From assembly GCA_964252035.1 (NCBI GenBank), contig OZ176209.1: a stretch of 64,000 bases of DNA; one strand, given 5' to 3'. Position numbers and translations under genes: made by a program. The notes under the pieces are model-generated. The model was not told the DNA's origin and did no database searches. It worked only from the letters and a program-made list of their open reading frames with translations. Below, piece after piece: positions 22,531 to 34,037 of this stretch. The stretch is from Podarcis erhardii. Taxonomy: Eukaryota. Position 1 is the stretch's first letter. Every line of letters begins with the position of its first letter.

Positions 22531-23362
22531 AGCTGCGGATATCCCTTACACTTTTCTGTAGTCTTCTTCTTTTGACACTGAAAGTCTCTTGCAAAGTTTC
22601 CATCTGGTGTCATGTGAATGATATAATGAAAGCCCTTTAGTCTTTCAGTAAACACGCATGCCTGGATTTTGTCTTTTATGTAAGAATTTCCTAACCCACC
22701 ATACCATTCTAAGAAGCTGGAGAGGCACAATTTATCTTCACAGATAACAGTATCAGCTCCTCTGTGCTGACTTGCAATTTATTTATACCAGTTTCCTCGT
22801 CTATTCTATTTGTGTACTTTGGGAGTTATATGGCTCCCCCACCCCCAGCCCGATTCCCCCCACTATTTTTCTAGCTACTAAATGAAGGCTCTTTGGTCTT
22901 TTAGCTCCCTCAGTTAACCTTAAAAGATGCTTTAAAAGATTGAGAGAAAGCTGGTCACCTTCCACTTACCCAGCAGAACAGCTATTTAAATGATAAATTG
23001 CACATCTTCAGTTCTAATGGCAGACAATGCATTGTGCTCCATTCTTTAGATGCACAAGAACTTCCAATTAATACACTCTGGCTTTGTGAGATACTACAAT
23101 TTTGACATCTCAAATGGCTTCATCACTAATAGGTTTTATTCAGCTTTATCAACAGCTTCAGCTCCCCTCCTGGATTCTCTGTACTATCTTTAATGTTGCT
23201 GAACCATAGAAATAACTCATTCCACATTATTTTTATTTACTTATTTAATTATAAGCATTTATATTTATATACTTGGCCTATTCATTGATGGGACAACCCA
23301 GGACATTTTGCTACCAGAGGTGGACACCTTGATTACATATATAGGAGTCATTTGGAAGCTGA

Positions 23363-24107
23363 GGTAAAAAGGTAAAGACCCCTGGACAGTTAAGTCCAAT
23401 CAAAGGTGACTATGGGGTTGTGGCATTCATCTCACTTTCAGGCTGAGAGAGCTGGTGTTTTTCCACAGTCAGTTTTCCGGGTCATGTGGCCAGTATGAGT
23501 AAACCGCTTCTGGCGCAACAGAACACCGTGATGGAAACCAGAGCACCTTAAGGCCATTTACTTTCCCGCCACAGGGGTACCTATTTATCTACTGTATTTT
23601 TTGCACCATAACACTCACTTTTTTCCTCCTAGAAAGTAAGGGGAAATGTCTGTGTGTGTTATGGAGCGAATGCCTGCGGGTGGCGGGGGGGATCTGCTGC
23701 AGTCATGAGCAGAGGATCCATGGTTCCCCTTCCTTCCCTCCTCTGTGGTTACAAAGCATGGATCCACATGGATCCTCAGGATTTTTGCATTGGGCTACTC
23801 CAAACTCACTGTCAGATCACATGCCTGTGGCCACAGCATGAACCACAAAAATCATATATCCACTATTTCGTTTAGAATTTTTTTTTTTCTGGTTTTCCTC
23901 CTCTAAAAACTACGTGCGTGTTATGGTCTGGTGCGTGTTATAGAGCGAAAAATACGGTACTTGCACTGGTGTGTTTTTGAACTGCTAGGTGGGCAGGAGC
24001 TTGTGCAGAGCAACGGGAGCTCACCCCGTCATGGGGATTCGAACCGCCGACCTTCTGATCGGCAAGCCCAAGAGGCTCAGTGGTTTAGACCACACCACCA
24101 CCCACTG
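23363..24107 (-). mobile_element. Sauria SINE (divergent subfamily) split by a MITE
   Basis: Body matches the other copies on either side of the 23592-23957 insertion. Confidence 0.85.
23592..23957. mobile_element. Tc1/mariner MITE (CCGTATTTTT-type TIR) inserted in a Sauria SINE
   Basis: Left CTGTATTTTTTGCACCATAACAC, right GTGTTATAGAGCGAAAAATACGG. TA duplicated at 23590-23591 and 23958-23959. SINE sequence resumes exactly after it. Confidence 0.88.
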
Positions 24108-27100
24108 AATCTCCCTTTAACACTGGTGATGGGACAGCATCTTCCAGCACACCTGAGAGCAGTGGGTTAGTTTAAGGAGGACACAGCAGACCACATGCCA
24201 TCCGAAGCTCTATCCTCAGACACATCAATGCCATTTCCTGCTCCCAACATCTCAGACAGCTGGGTCCTTCCGCCTAGGATAATGGGCTTTATGATCAGTC
24301 CCTCTGTTTCCAGTGTTCAGGTGTGAGTGCCATGCTGGAATGAATGGAATGCTGACAGACCGCTGGGGTGGAGAACCAGAAAACCATATGGGATGGGGAA
24401 TGTAATAAATTACTGTGGATGATGATGATATCATGTGTACTCAGAAATACATCCCACTGTGTTCAGCAGGACTGATTCTTAGTATCACAATATGAAAGCC
24501 CCGGTGCATTGCCAAAAGGAAACAAAAGCAGTCTTTTAAATATTAAATGGTTCAAGTCGGAAAACAGCAAGGCAAAATGTTTAAAGAGCTGAGGAATGCT
24601 GGCAAATTAGAGGTCCAGCAAAGGGAACACTGGGTGAGAAGTGGAGCTGATGGGGGTTCAGATACATTAGATAATGCGAGAGACTGAAGAAATAGAGGTC
24701 CTCATTAAAGACTGAAGAGGCATTTAAACTCAGCACGACTTAGTTCCAAGCACTTTTGTTTAGGATCAGGTGGTAAATGTTTTGAGGTTTATCAAGACAA
24801 ACACAACTGCTCCTGGGATTTGCTGCTTTGAAGGTGTGACATTAGGATCAGGTGAAAATAGGCTTGGTGGCCTCGCCTTATTGTTGTTTGGGACTTGTGT
24901 GCACTGCAAAAGATTTACACATTTTTTTTTTCATACGTGGTATTATTCTGCCATGGGGGAATCTAGCTGAAGACAGGAAAGGCTGTCAAAGCCCAGAACC
25001 ACAAGTGCCCATGAGTCATTGTACCTGGACTAATCTTTGATCTAATAAATGCCCTTAAGCATCATAAAGCATTAGATCAGCACAAAGCTGGAGAACATGC
25101 TTCTCTGTGACAACGGAACATGGCTTGTACTCTGTTTGAAAACCACGTCCGTCTATGTTTTACATATCATTTAGGACAGTGCTATCAAAACAATGGGATC
25201 AGCTTTGAAGATGTACACAAAATTTTCAACACAGCTAAAGAGCATCATCAGTTTTTTTGTTTTATAAGTAGGTCAGTGGTTTGCACTACTTAAAGTTACT
25301 TGGAATATCCAGGTTCTGGGTAAGAAATGCATGTCTAAAACTACAGCAAATGAAATATTCATGGTTTTCTTTAAAAATAAATAGACTGAGTTAAGATGAA
25401 GAAAGAGATGCAGTCTTTGCCTAATGCAATGGATGTCATCATTGGTTTGTTTTAAGAGTGCTTTTCATATTCTTATTCTGGAATCTGATGACCTTGAAGT
25501 ATTGTCAATCTTTCATGTTTGTCTTTAGCAGCCAAGGGGGAATTGTGCAACTAAATACCAGATCAAATGTCCACATTTGGAAGCAACTTGTTTTGCATCA
25601 AGATTTATCCAGACATTTGTTTTTCTATCAAGAAAATTATTTATTTATTTAATCTGTTTCCTTTCTTCCTAACTTTGCTCCAATGAACTTTTCTCCAAGC
25701 AGTGAACATTTTCCTTACCTTCATTTTATTGCTACAATCACCAGTGTCTAAATAGGGCTTTGAACCACTCCTAATATGACCCTCGAGTTAGTATACTGGC
25801 CATCTCTTATATTTTATCGACACACAGTCTTCCTGCCAATCCCTCCTACTGATTTTTTAATGAAAAGCACTTTCAAATATTGGTTAAATCTCAAACAGTT
25901 AAGTATGCTTAAGAGTGCAAACCTATTTACATTGGCTCAGATTGAGATCTAGGCAGCAATCCGATGCATACAACCCTGAGAGTAAATTCCCCTGAAAATA
26001 GTGGGACTTGCCTTTGAGTAAACATGCGTGGATTGTGCTATAGTTTCAGGTAAGTTATGCATGGTGTGTCGCTTACACCAGGGACTTTTAGTAGACTAGA
26101 CTCGAGTGTCTAAGTACCACTTTCAATGTGTGCATGAAATTCTTACATGTGATGTACAAACACACTCTTTAATGGCCACTTGGAGGTTGGGGTGCCATAA
26201 CAATACTTTGTTTTCTTAAAGTGTCAGATGCCTTGAGAACCTGACTCCAAGTCAAATAAGTGTGGGGTATATAAAAATAAATATATTAAATATTATGGAT
26301 TGTCAGATCACCCCATAAGATCTGTCCCACTTACTATGTCCCATTTTATCAATTGCTCTAGTATAGTATTAGTATATGTATTGAATAGAAATGGAGACAG
26401 TCTGGTAAGAAACCCTTACTCTTGCTTTTGATTTCAAAGGTAGAAATAAAATCTACATGCTTCTCAAACACCAGGTACACACTGAATTCATCTATTGATG
26501 GAAGAAGCATCTGTTCTACCGCTCATGTCAATTTAACATATTTGCCTCGGCAGATCAGAGGAACTGCTGTATCTTGCAAGAGGATGTATCAGCCTGCTTT
26601 GATGAGTCTTGTCATTCTCACTTATTTCCACCCAGATCGATACAAGAGTTCATGGAGATGCCTACAGATACAACGAAAGCTAACCGTTAGAGCAACAATG
26701 CAAAGGACTAGCTTCTCCAACATGAGCCTGACTAACCAAATACTAATTTAGGCTTAGGTACTCTGTGGGCCTCCAAAGACTGATGGACTCAAACTCCCAT
26801 AATTCCCAGTTAGCATTGCAAATGTTCAGGGGTGACGGAAGCTGACGTTCAACAATATTTAGAGAGCCACAGCCTCCATATTCCTCCCATAAGTTATCAG
26901 AGGTCCTTTTCTGAGTCCCTCTACCTTTCAAAATGGGAAAGATAACCAGAGAGTGTACCTTCTCAATTGTGGCACACCATATGTGGAGTTACCTCCCTTG
27001 GAAGGATTTCCTGATGCTTAAGCTGATGTGTGTTTGGTGCCAGGCTTTCTGTTAGTACAAATGTTCTTGCACTCCATCAAAACTGATGCAACGATCTGTA

Positions 27101-27241
27101 TTAGTGCTACTGATTTGTGCTGCTCAACTCAAGTTTTGATTGCTCTGCTCTGCTGTGTTATGTTTATGTTTGATGTTATTTGATTCTGGTTTTATCATGA
27201 ATGCTTACAAGATGCTCCGTTAAACTGAAGGACAGCATTAA

Positions 27242-27274
<33 letters not shown>

Positions 27275-27275
<1 letters not shown>

Positions 27276-27637
27276 GGTAAAGGTAAAAGGTAAATGTACC
27301 CCTGACCGTTAGGTCCAGTTGCGGACAACTCTGGGTTTGCGCGCTTATCTCGCTCTATAGGCCGAGGGAGCTGCCGTTTGTTCACAGACAGCTTCTGGGT
27401 CATGTGGCCAGCATGACTAGGCTGCTTCTGGTGAACCAGAGCAGTGCACAGAAATGCTGTTTACCTTCCCGCCGGAGTGGTACCTATTTATCTACTTGCA
27501 CTTGTCATTTTTTCGAATTGCTAGGTGGGCAGGAGCTGGGACCAAACAACAGGAGCTCACCCCGTCACGGGGATTCGAACTGCCGACCTTCCAATCAGCA
27601 AGCCCTAGGCTCTGTGGCTTAGACCACAGCACCACCC
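27275..27637 (-). mobile_element. Sauria SINE flanked by (ATT)n on both sides
   Basis: Full body and head present. ATT tracts on both sides are consistent with a TSD in a microsatellite. Confidence 0.9.
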
Positions 27638-28629
27638 TATTATTATTATTACCACCACCATTATCATTGTGCAGGCACTGCATTTCAGTATCATTCTTGA
27701 GACGTCTGAGAGAGCCCTGACACTGACATGTATATGTTCTAAAGTGTTTTGGGTTTTTTTGCCCCAAAGTTAGGCTGAAGGATTGCCTGAAGGTACTTTT
27801 AAATTGCCTGATAGACAGTTGACTTGCTTGGTAATCTAATCTCATCTGTATCTATTTGTATCTGTCTATATCTTTATGTATCTCTATGTATCTATGCATC
27901 TATTTATCATCTACCAATTCACACATAGATCTATTGACAGATTGATACATACATTTCAAAAGCATCTCATGAGTTTGGAACTGCTGAGAGTTGATTCATG
28001 GTGTTTGATGGAAATGCACTTGAACTTGGGGAACATCCAGGCCACAGAAGAACCAATGGCTATCACTCAGCTGCTCACCTGAGTCCCAGCTACTACACCT
28101 GGCTCCTTCTTCTGTTTTGGGGTAGCGAAAAGACTAGAAACCAGGCAGCTCACCTGAAGCCCAGCTGCACCACCTCACTCCTCCCTCATTGATTTCTGAC
28201 AGTGTAAAGACCTAGACTCCTAAAGAGGAGAAAATATATGCAATGAGAGCATGTGCTGGAGAGGGTAGGAGTCCAATTTTTGCCAAAGTGTATTATTTTA
28301 TGTAAGCTACTTTGAGGATTCTTTTAAAGGCAGGGCAGAAATTAAATGAATTAATGGATTGGGAGGCAGGGCTGAAACTGCTTTGTATGGTAATCCCTGT
28401 TCACTATATGCCACTTGTGTGCAGTTGGCAGCATTGCCAGAGACTTCTGCGCTCCATGTGTGCAGGGAGCCAGTTTGGGCAGTGAATAGTAACCCTGCAA
28501 CCAGGTGGTTATGTGAATCTACCCCATCAACAAAATACTGCTATTTTTTTCCCTTTTTAAGTAACAGAACATTGGAAACTTTGAGTCCTGATGTGTGCTT
28601 TGATCCACAATATGCGGAATCAAACTTTT

Positions 28630-28850
28630 TATTTATTTGGTGTATTTATACTGTACCCTTTTCTCCTAGGAGCTCAAGGTGGTGAATGTGGTTTTCACCC
28701 ACCTCATTTAATCCCCACAACAACCCTTTCAGGTAGGTTAGGCTGAGAAGCAGTGACTGGTTCAAGGTCACCCATTGAGCTCCACGGCCAACTGAGGATT
28801 TGAACCCTGGTTTCCCAGGTCCCAGCCTGATACTGTAACACCTACACTAA
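28630..28850 (-). mobile_element. Old MIR/CORE-like SINE
   Basis: CCCCACAACAACCCT..AGGTAGGTTAGGCTGAGA...CAAGGTCACCC...GGATTTGAACCC. Confidence 0.7.
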
Positions 28851-29609
28851 TCCAAGTGACAAGAGTAATAAAGGTGCTTGCAAATGTATATACTGAAAGT
28901 TATCACTTAGGAGTTGCTTCCTGATAAATCTGGAAAGAAACTAATCTTGCAGCAATCTGGAGGAGAGTTTACATGACCACAAAATGTTTGGCGCATTTGC
29001 AGCTAAAGTGTCTTTTAGACTCCATGTTGTCTGTGTGCATGTTTAATTTGCTCAGCTTCAGGTTCTACCAGAACCTCCAGCAAATTATATGTTCCAGTGG
29101 CAGTCATCTCATACTTAAATATTATGACACCAATTCACAACAGGTGAAATGAATTAAGTGGCAGAGCATGGAGTGCTATCCAACAGAAGGCTGAATGAGT
29201 ATTTATCTTAGCAAGGGATGATTCTGAGTGATGGGAAGCGATGGCAGGACTCTGATAATCAACACTCAGCAAAGGGCTCTCCAGCTGATTTTTTGAAACT
29301 AGGAAATCATCTGTGTTGTATGAAGAGTTTCTGCCAGTAGCTAATTTGATAAACAGTGGTTCCTGGGCTCAGAGTTGTCTCTGGGTCAAACTAGACTGGT
29401 ATGCTTGGTTTTGAGTCACTAAAAAGCACTGATAGGAGTGGGGATTTAATCCTTTGTCTCTCAATAGAAGCCAGGCTCATAGTAATGGCATACGCTGCAC
29501 ATGTTCAGAAATACTATTGTTCCCTTTCCATATTCTATAATTGAACCTTAGCATTCCCCCCCCCTCTCTCTTAAAATGAAAACTCTGACCAGGACTGAGC
29601 TTAGGTTAA

Positions 29610-29952
29610 GGACCCCTGACCATTAGGTCCAGTCGTGACCGACTCTGGGGTTGCGGTGCTCATCTCACTTTATTGGCCAAGGGAGCTGGCGTACAGCTTC
29701 CAGGCTATGTGGCCAGCATGACTAAGCCGCTTCTGGTGAACCAGAGCAGCGCACAGAAACGCCGTTTACCTTCCCACCGGAGTGGTACCTATTTATCTAC
29801 TTGCACTTTGACATGCTTTTGAACTGATAGGTTGGCAGGAGCAGGGACCGAGCAACGGGAGCTCACCCCGTCGCAGGGATTCAAACTGCCGACCTTCTGA
29901 TCGGCAAGTCCTAGGTTCTGTGGTTTAACCCACAGCACCACCCGTGTCCAGT
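29610..29952 (-). mobile_element. Sauria SINE with 9-bp TSD TTAGGTTAA
   Basis: TTAGGTTAA at 29601-29609 and 29953-29961. Confidence 0.9.
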
Positions 29953-30065
29953 TTAGGTTAACCCTGCCACAAATTGTGCCTTGTGAGCTGAAGGTTTGTG
30001 CTCTTGGACAAAACTCCTTGTCCAGGTCATAACTTGAGTTGAGGTTCATCAGGCTCACTTTCAGA

Positions 30066-30210
30066 CATAGAACCACAGAACTGTAGAGTTGGAAGGGACC
30101 TTCAGGATTCATCTAGTCCAACCCCCTGCAATGAAGGAATATGCAGCTGTCCCATATCAAACCTGCAACCTTGGCACTATCAGAGCACCATGCTCTAACC
30201 GGCTGAGCTA
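30066..30210 (-). mobile_element. SINE: tRNA-Ile-derived head + CR1-type 3' tail
   Basis: Reverse complement TAGCTCAGCCGGTTAGAGCATGGTGCT...GCCAAGGTTGCAGGTTTGAT followed by the same tail. Confidence 0.82.
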
Positions 30211-30214
30211 TTTT

Positions 30215-30410
30215 ATCGTATTTCTATCCCACCTTTTTTCTCCAAGGAGCCGAAGGTGGCATACATGGTTCTCCCCTTCCTCATTCAATCCCCACAACAA
30301 CCCTGTGAGGCAGGTTAGGCTGAGAGAGGCGGTGATTGCCCCAAGGTTGCCCAGCCAAGTGGGGGATTTGAATTCTGCTCTCCCAGGGGCACTCTAACCA
30401 CTACACCACA
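30215..30410 (-). mobile_element. Old MIR/CORE-like SINE
   Basis: CCCCACAACAACCCTGTGAGGCAGGTTAGGCTGAGA...GGGGATTTGAA...TAACCACTACACCAC. Confidence 0.7.
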
Positions 30411-30469
30411 TGTGCTCTGCTTACACATACTGGAGCTGAGGTTTGAAAGAAAACAATGGCCAGGGTGTC

Positions 30470-31210
30470 CCTTTGAGCGAGCGCAGCTCCTTCTCCATCG
30501 GACAACCGTAGCCTCCGAAGGTCTCGCCTTTTCTCTTGCAGAGCTGCTTTCAGGAGCTGTCCAAATGCTGATCTCCTGATCAGAGACGACGCCCAAAAGC
30601 GCAAGCTGGTGCCTCGATCTCGCGGCTTGGGAATTACCCCGCATCCCGCATGCCGGGGGCAGGGAGGAGGGCGAAGGGTACGGCTCTTTTACGCAGTCTC
30701 CTGGAGAGGGGGCTAGCGGGGTCCTTCGACATCGCAGCGCTGAGAAACCGGGGCTCGCTCTTCGCTGGTTTCTCCCTTCTCCTGCTACCACCTCCTGTTC
30801 ACCGTTCAATATTTCCTAGGAATGGTGAGATGTCAGTGGATGCGCAAAGCTGGGACTCTGGCGCGTCGGAACGAGCATACCCAAAGGATCGCCGCCTCCC
30901 ATTTGGGGAATTCTTCGGTTACATGCAAGAAAGATGCACTTCAACCATTGGGTCTAGGCTGGATTACACGGAGGTCTCTTTCACAAGGGCAAGGAGTCAA
31001 TTCCGCTTTCGCTCAGGTTGTGCAGGGGGAATTGTATCATCCTCGCGCGGTGGCTGACCCTTGCCTGCAGATTACTCCTTCTTTTCCGAATCCCAAACTC
31101 GTCGACTTCTTATACACGTGTTCATCTTCTTTGGGGATCCCGCACGAGCTGTTTCCAGGCTTTATTCTGTACGTGGGCGTGGGGAGTGGGAGCGCGCTTT
31201 CTATCCTGAA
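30470..31210. promoter_or_regulatory. Second CpG island upstream of NELL2 (candidate alternative promoter)
   Basis: Local CpG enrichment (e.g. GAGCGAGCGCAGC, TCGCGGC, GGCGCGTCGG) with no recognisable repeat origin. Confidence 0.6.
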
Positions 31211-31629
31211 GCATACCAAGATGGCATATGCACTGCAATACAATACAGCATGCACGTGTGAACCTGTTACTGCGCATGCTTGGAGGTTTCACAAGGAAGG
31301 AAAGTAGGGTACATGCTTGGCATGCAGAAGTTCTCAGGTACAATATCTTGCTATCTCCAGGTCGGACTGACAACTTCTTCTGTCTGAAATCTTGGCGAAC
31401 TGCTGCTCCTAATACAGAGGGACCAACGATGTGACGCAGTATGAAGCAGCTTTCCATGAGAATCTTTCTACTTTTATGATTACTTCAAAGCTCCCAAGTC
31501 ACGAAAGTATACGAAAAGTTAAAGGCAGCCATGTTGGCCCATATGAAAACATAAATTCAAAAAATAAAATAAAAATCCATATTAGCAATTCCTTTATTAG
31601 GCCAACCAAAATGTCACAGAACAGTCAAT

Positions 31630-31960
31630 CATTTTATTTGTATGCCGCCTTTCCGAAATTAACACCATGCTCAAGGCGGCTTTCAACATATAAAAAATTA
31701 CATAATTACAAATGTAAGAAAAGTAGTCATCAAAAAGAACAGAACTAAATTGAACAATTTCCACATAAATTGTAAGATCCAAAATAAAGATAAAAAAAAA
31801 TAACAACACCCACCGCAGCAACAACCTGCCTGAACAATACCCCAACCCAAGATTCGAGTTCCCCGGAAATCTTCACCAGGCTGGATGGCAAAAACAGACC
31901 CCCGCAAGGGCAGCGGAGGCTGCTGTTCAAGGCATCCTTTGATAATCTGAGATTGCTTTA
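31630..31960 (-). mobile_element. LINE (L2-like) 3' end between the two CpG islands
   Basis: TTTATTTGTATGCCGCCTTTCC...CTCAAGGCGGCT start, typical of reverse-oriented L2 tails. Confidence 0.5.
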
Positions 31961-32249
31961 AAGATGGAGTGTGGGACCTGGAGGAGACATGCAGAAAAGA
32001 GTCTCTTTCAGGTGGCCTGCAAGTTTCAGGTCGCCTCCAGGCGTTCTGGGGAAGAAAAGCCAGGAAACGGCCACCCCCGATCTCTGCAACTACAACAGCC
32101 GCAGTCAAGAGAAGCGTTCCTGAACCTAAACAGCGGCTGTGGATTTGCCATTAGCTATTGGATGGGCATAATTTCAGCCAGCATTCTTTCCCCAGCGCTG
32201 AGCCCTCTTGGAAGCACCTCCGTGCTTCTGACCATGGGCAGAGTGCTTC

Positions 32250-34020
32250 CCCGCCCCTTCTGAATCAACCTCAGGCAGCTTCTCCCCCGCGTTTAGACTC
32301 CCGACGGGTTTCCATCCAGGTGCGCGCGGAAGGGTGGGGGCAAGTTAAGCGCAGCGACGGCTGGCGCCCATTGGGACTGGTAGGACGGAAGGCAGGGAGA
32401 CCACCAGCAGGGGGCGCCAGAGCCAACGGCAGACGGCGCCCCCTGATTCCAGTGTTGCCCCCGCGCTCCTCCCTGCTGCTCGCCACAGCCCGCTGCACTG
32501 GCTCCTCTAAGTCAGAAGGCAGCCAGCAGCGGCGGCGGCGGAGCCTGGCTGAGGGCAGACTGCGGCTGGCAGGGTCCCGCTGGCCCGAATGGCGTATTCT
32601 TCTTCCGCGAGCAACAGCTCGTCTGTCTGCCAGGCTTAAGCTCCCGGCAGCACCTCCTGCTGCGGAGAAGCGAAGCCTGAGGAGGAGCAGCCACAGATAC
32701 CAGCAGCCGGAGTCGCCGCCGCGTCCCGCTCCCGCCCGGTCTGGAGCCTTTGGCTCCTGTGCCGTCGAGGAGCCTGAGGCGGGGAGGTGTTCGAAGGCGC
32801 CTCCTTCCCGCCTCCCGCCGGCGCCTCCTCATTGGCCGCCGCCCGCCGCCTCCCCCACGTCGCCGTCGCCGCCCTCAAACCCGCCGCCTTCTCTCGCTCT
32901 TTGGAGGCTGCCTGCGAGGAGGAGCCGGGGGCAGTGAGCGCCGGCGGCGGAGGCGGCTTGGCGACCGAGGAGCCCTGAGGAGAAAGAAGGAGCCTGTGCG
33001 CGCGCGTCGTGTGAGGGAGCGAGCGAGCGAGCGAGCGACACAAGGCTGCCCGCTTCCCCTCCGCCGGGTCGCCTCGCGCCCTCCATTGTCTCTCTCCGCC
33101 GGGTTCCCTCCAACAGGTTCTGGGGCTGAGGCGCTTCTCGCGGCTTCCGGCTTTGGCGCCATTCCGCGCCCTTTTCGCGCCTCCGGGCGGCGGCGGCGGC
33201 GGCGGCTGAGGCGCCTCAGAGATGGTGCTGCTGCGGGCTGGGGAGGACTCGACTCGCGGCGCCGCCTCCTCCTCCTCCTCCTTCGCCCGGTGGATTCTGG
33301 CTTTTTGCTGAGGGAGGGAAGAAGGAGAAGGAGAAGGAGAAGGACGCCGAGGGGTGTGTGGGGAAGAAGACTGGGGCGTTCGGCTGCTTGGCTTTCCTTC
33401 AGACCCGGCTTCTGCCTCGAGGACTATGGAGTGATTCTGGGCGCCGCCGTCCTCGCGCGCGATGGAGTCCCCTGGCTGCTGCTGGAGCGCCCTGGGCTTC
33501 TTCCTCTTCTGCCTGAGCTCAGGTGAGACTCGAGCGGGGCGTTCCAGGCTCCAGCCTCTCCTTAAGGCATGCGGGGGGGGGGGGGGGCGGGCGTCTCGGG
33601 GTGTGTCTCTCAACCTCCCCCTTCCCCACCCCGAGGGGGAATCGGCTCAGTATGGGCAGGTGGGGGAGAGGGAAGACGGAGGATCCGGGCAGGAAAACGA
33701 GCGGAGAACTTTGCGAAAGGGATGCTGCCAAAGTAGGTCATGTAAATAGGACTGGCTGGTGCGGGAGATACCTGCGCCTTCCAGAACGGGAGTGGCAGCA
33801 GGATCGGGGTGGGAAAAGAAGGAGGAGGGTTGGGGGGGGGGAAGGTGGAGAGGAAAAGTTAGGGGATTCGGTAGTAATTTCTCTTTTCTCTTCCCCTCCT
33901 GGATCCAGCGGTCGGCTTTGGCGTGGACCCCTCGCTGCAGATCGACGTGCTGGGCGAGTTGCAGCTGGGGGAGTCGGTGGCCGGAGTGGTGCAAGTGCAA
34001 GGGCTGCACAACGGGAGCAA
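32250..34020 (+). promoter_or_regulatory. CpG island / main NELL2 promoter, 5'UTR, exon 1 to exon 2
   Basis: Very GC- and CpG-rich compared with CpG-poor flanks. Contains (GGC)n, (CCT)n and (GAGC)n runs and overlaps the first coding exons. Exact TSS not determinable. Confidence 0.85.
33462..33522 (+). CDS. NELL2: NELL2 coding exon 1 (signal peptide MESPGCCWSALGFFLFCLSS)
   Basis: ATG at 33462 in strong context (GCGATGG), hydrophobic N-terminus, donor CAG|GTGAGA at 33523. Phase 1, which joins exon 2 in frame. Confidence 0.9.
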
Positions 34021-34037
34021 AGCTTTCTTCTTCCAAG
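33909..34037 (+). CDS. NELL2: NELL2 coding exon 2 (AVGFGVDPSLQIDVLGELQLGESVAGVVQVQGLHNGSKAFFFQ)
   Basis: Pyrimidine tract + CCAG acceptor, donor AAG|GTATGG, 129 nt. Closely matches vertebrate NELL2 'GLGVDPSLQIDVLTELELGES...GLHNGTKAFLFQ'. Confidence 0.97.

Noticed and set aside
32158-33613. Long overlapping ORFs (259, 258 and 325 aa) on both strands in the CpG island
   Set aside because: Low-complexity Arg/Pro/Ala/Gly translations expected from stop-poor GC-rich DNA. Several start at non-ATG codons, none shows a domain, and the real NELL2 exon 1 is in another frame.
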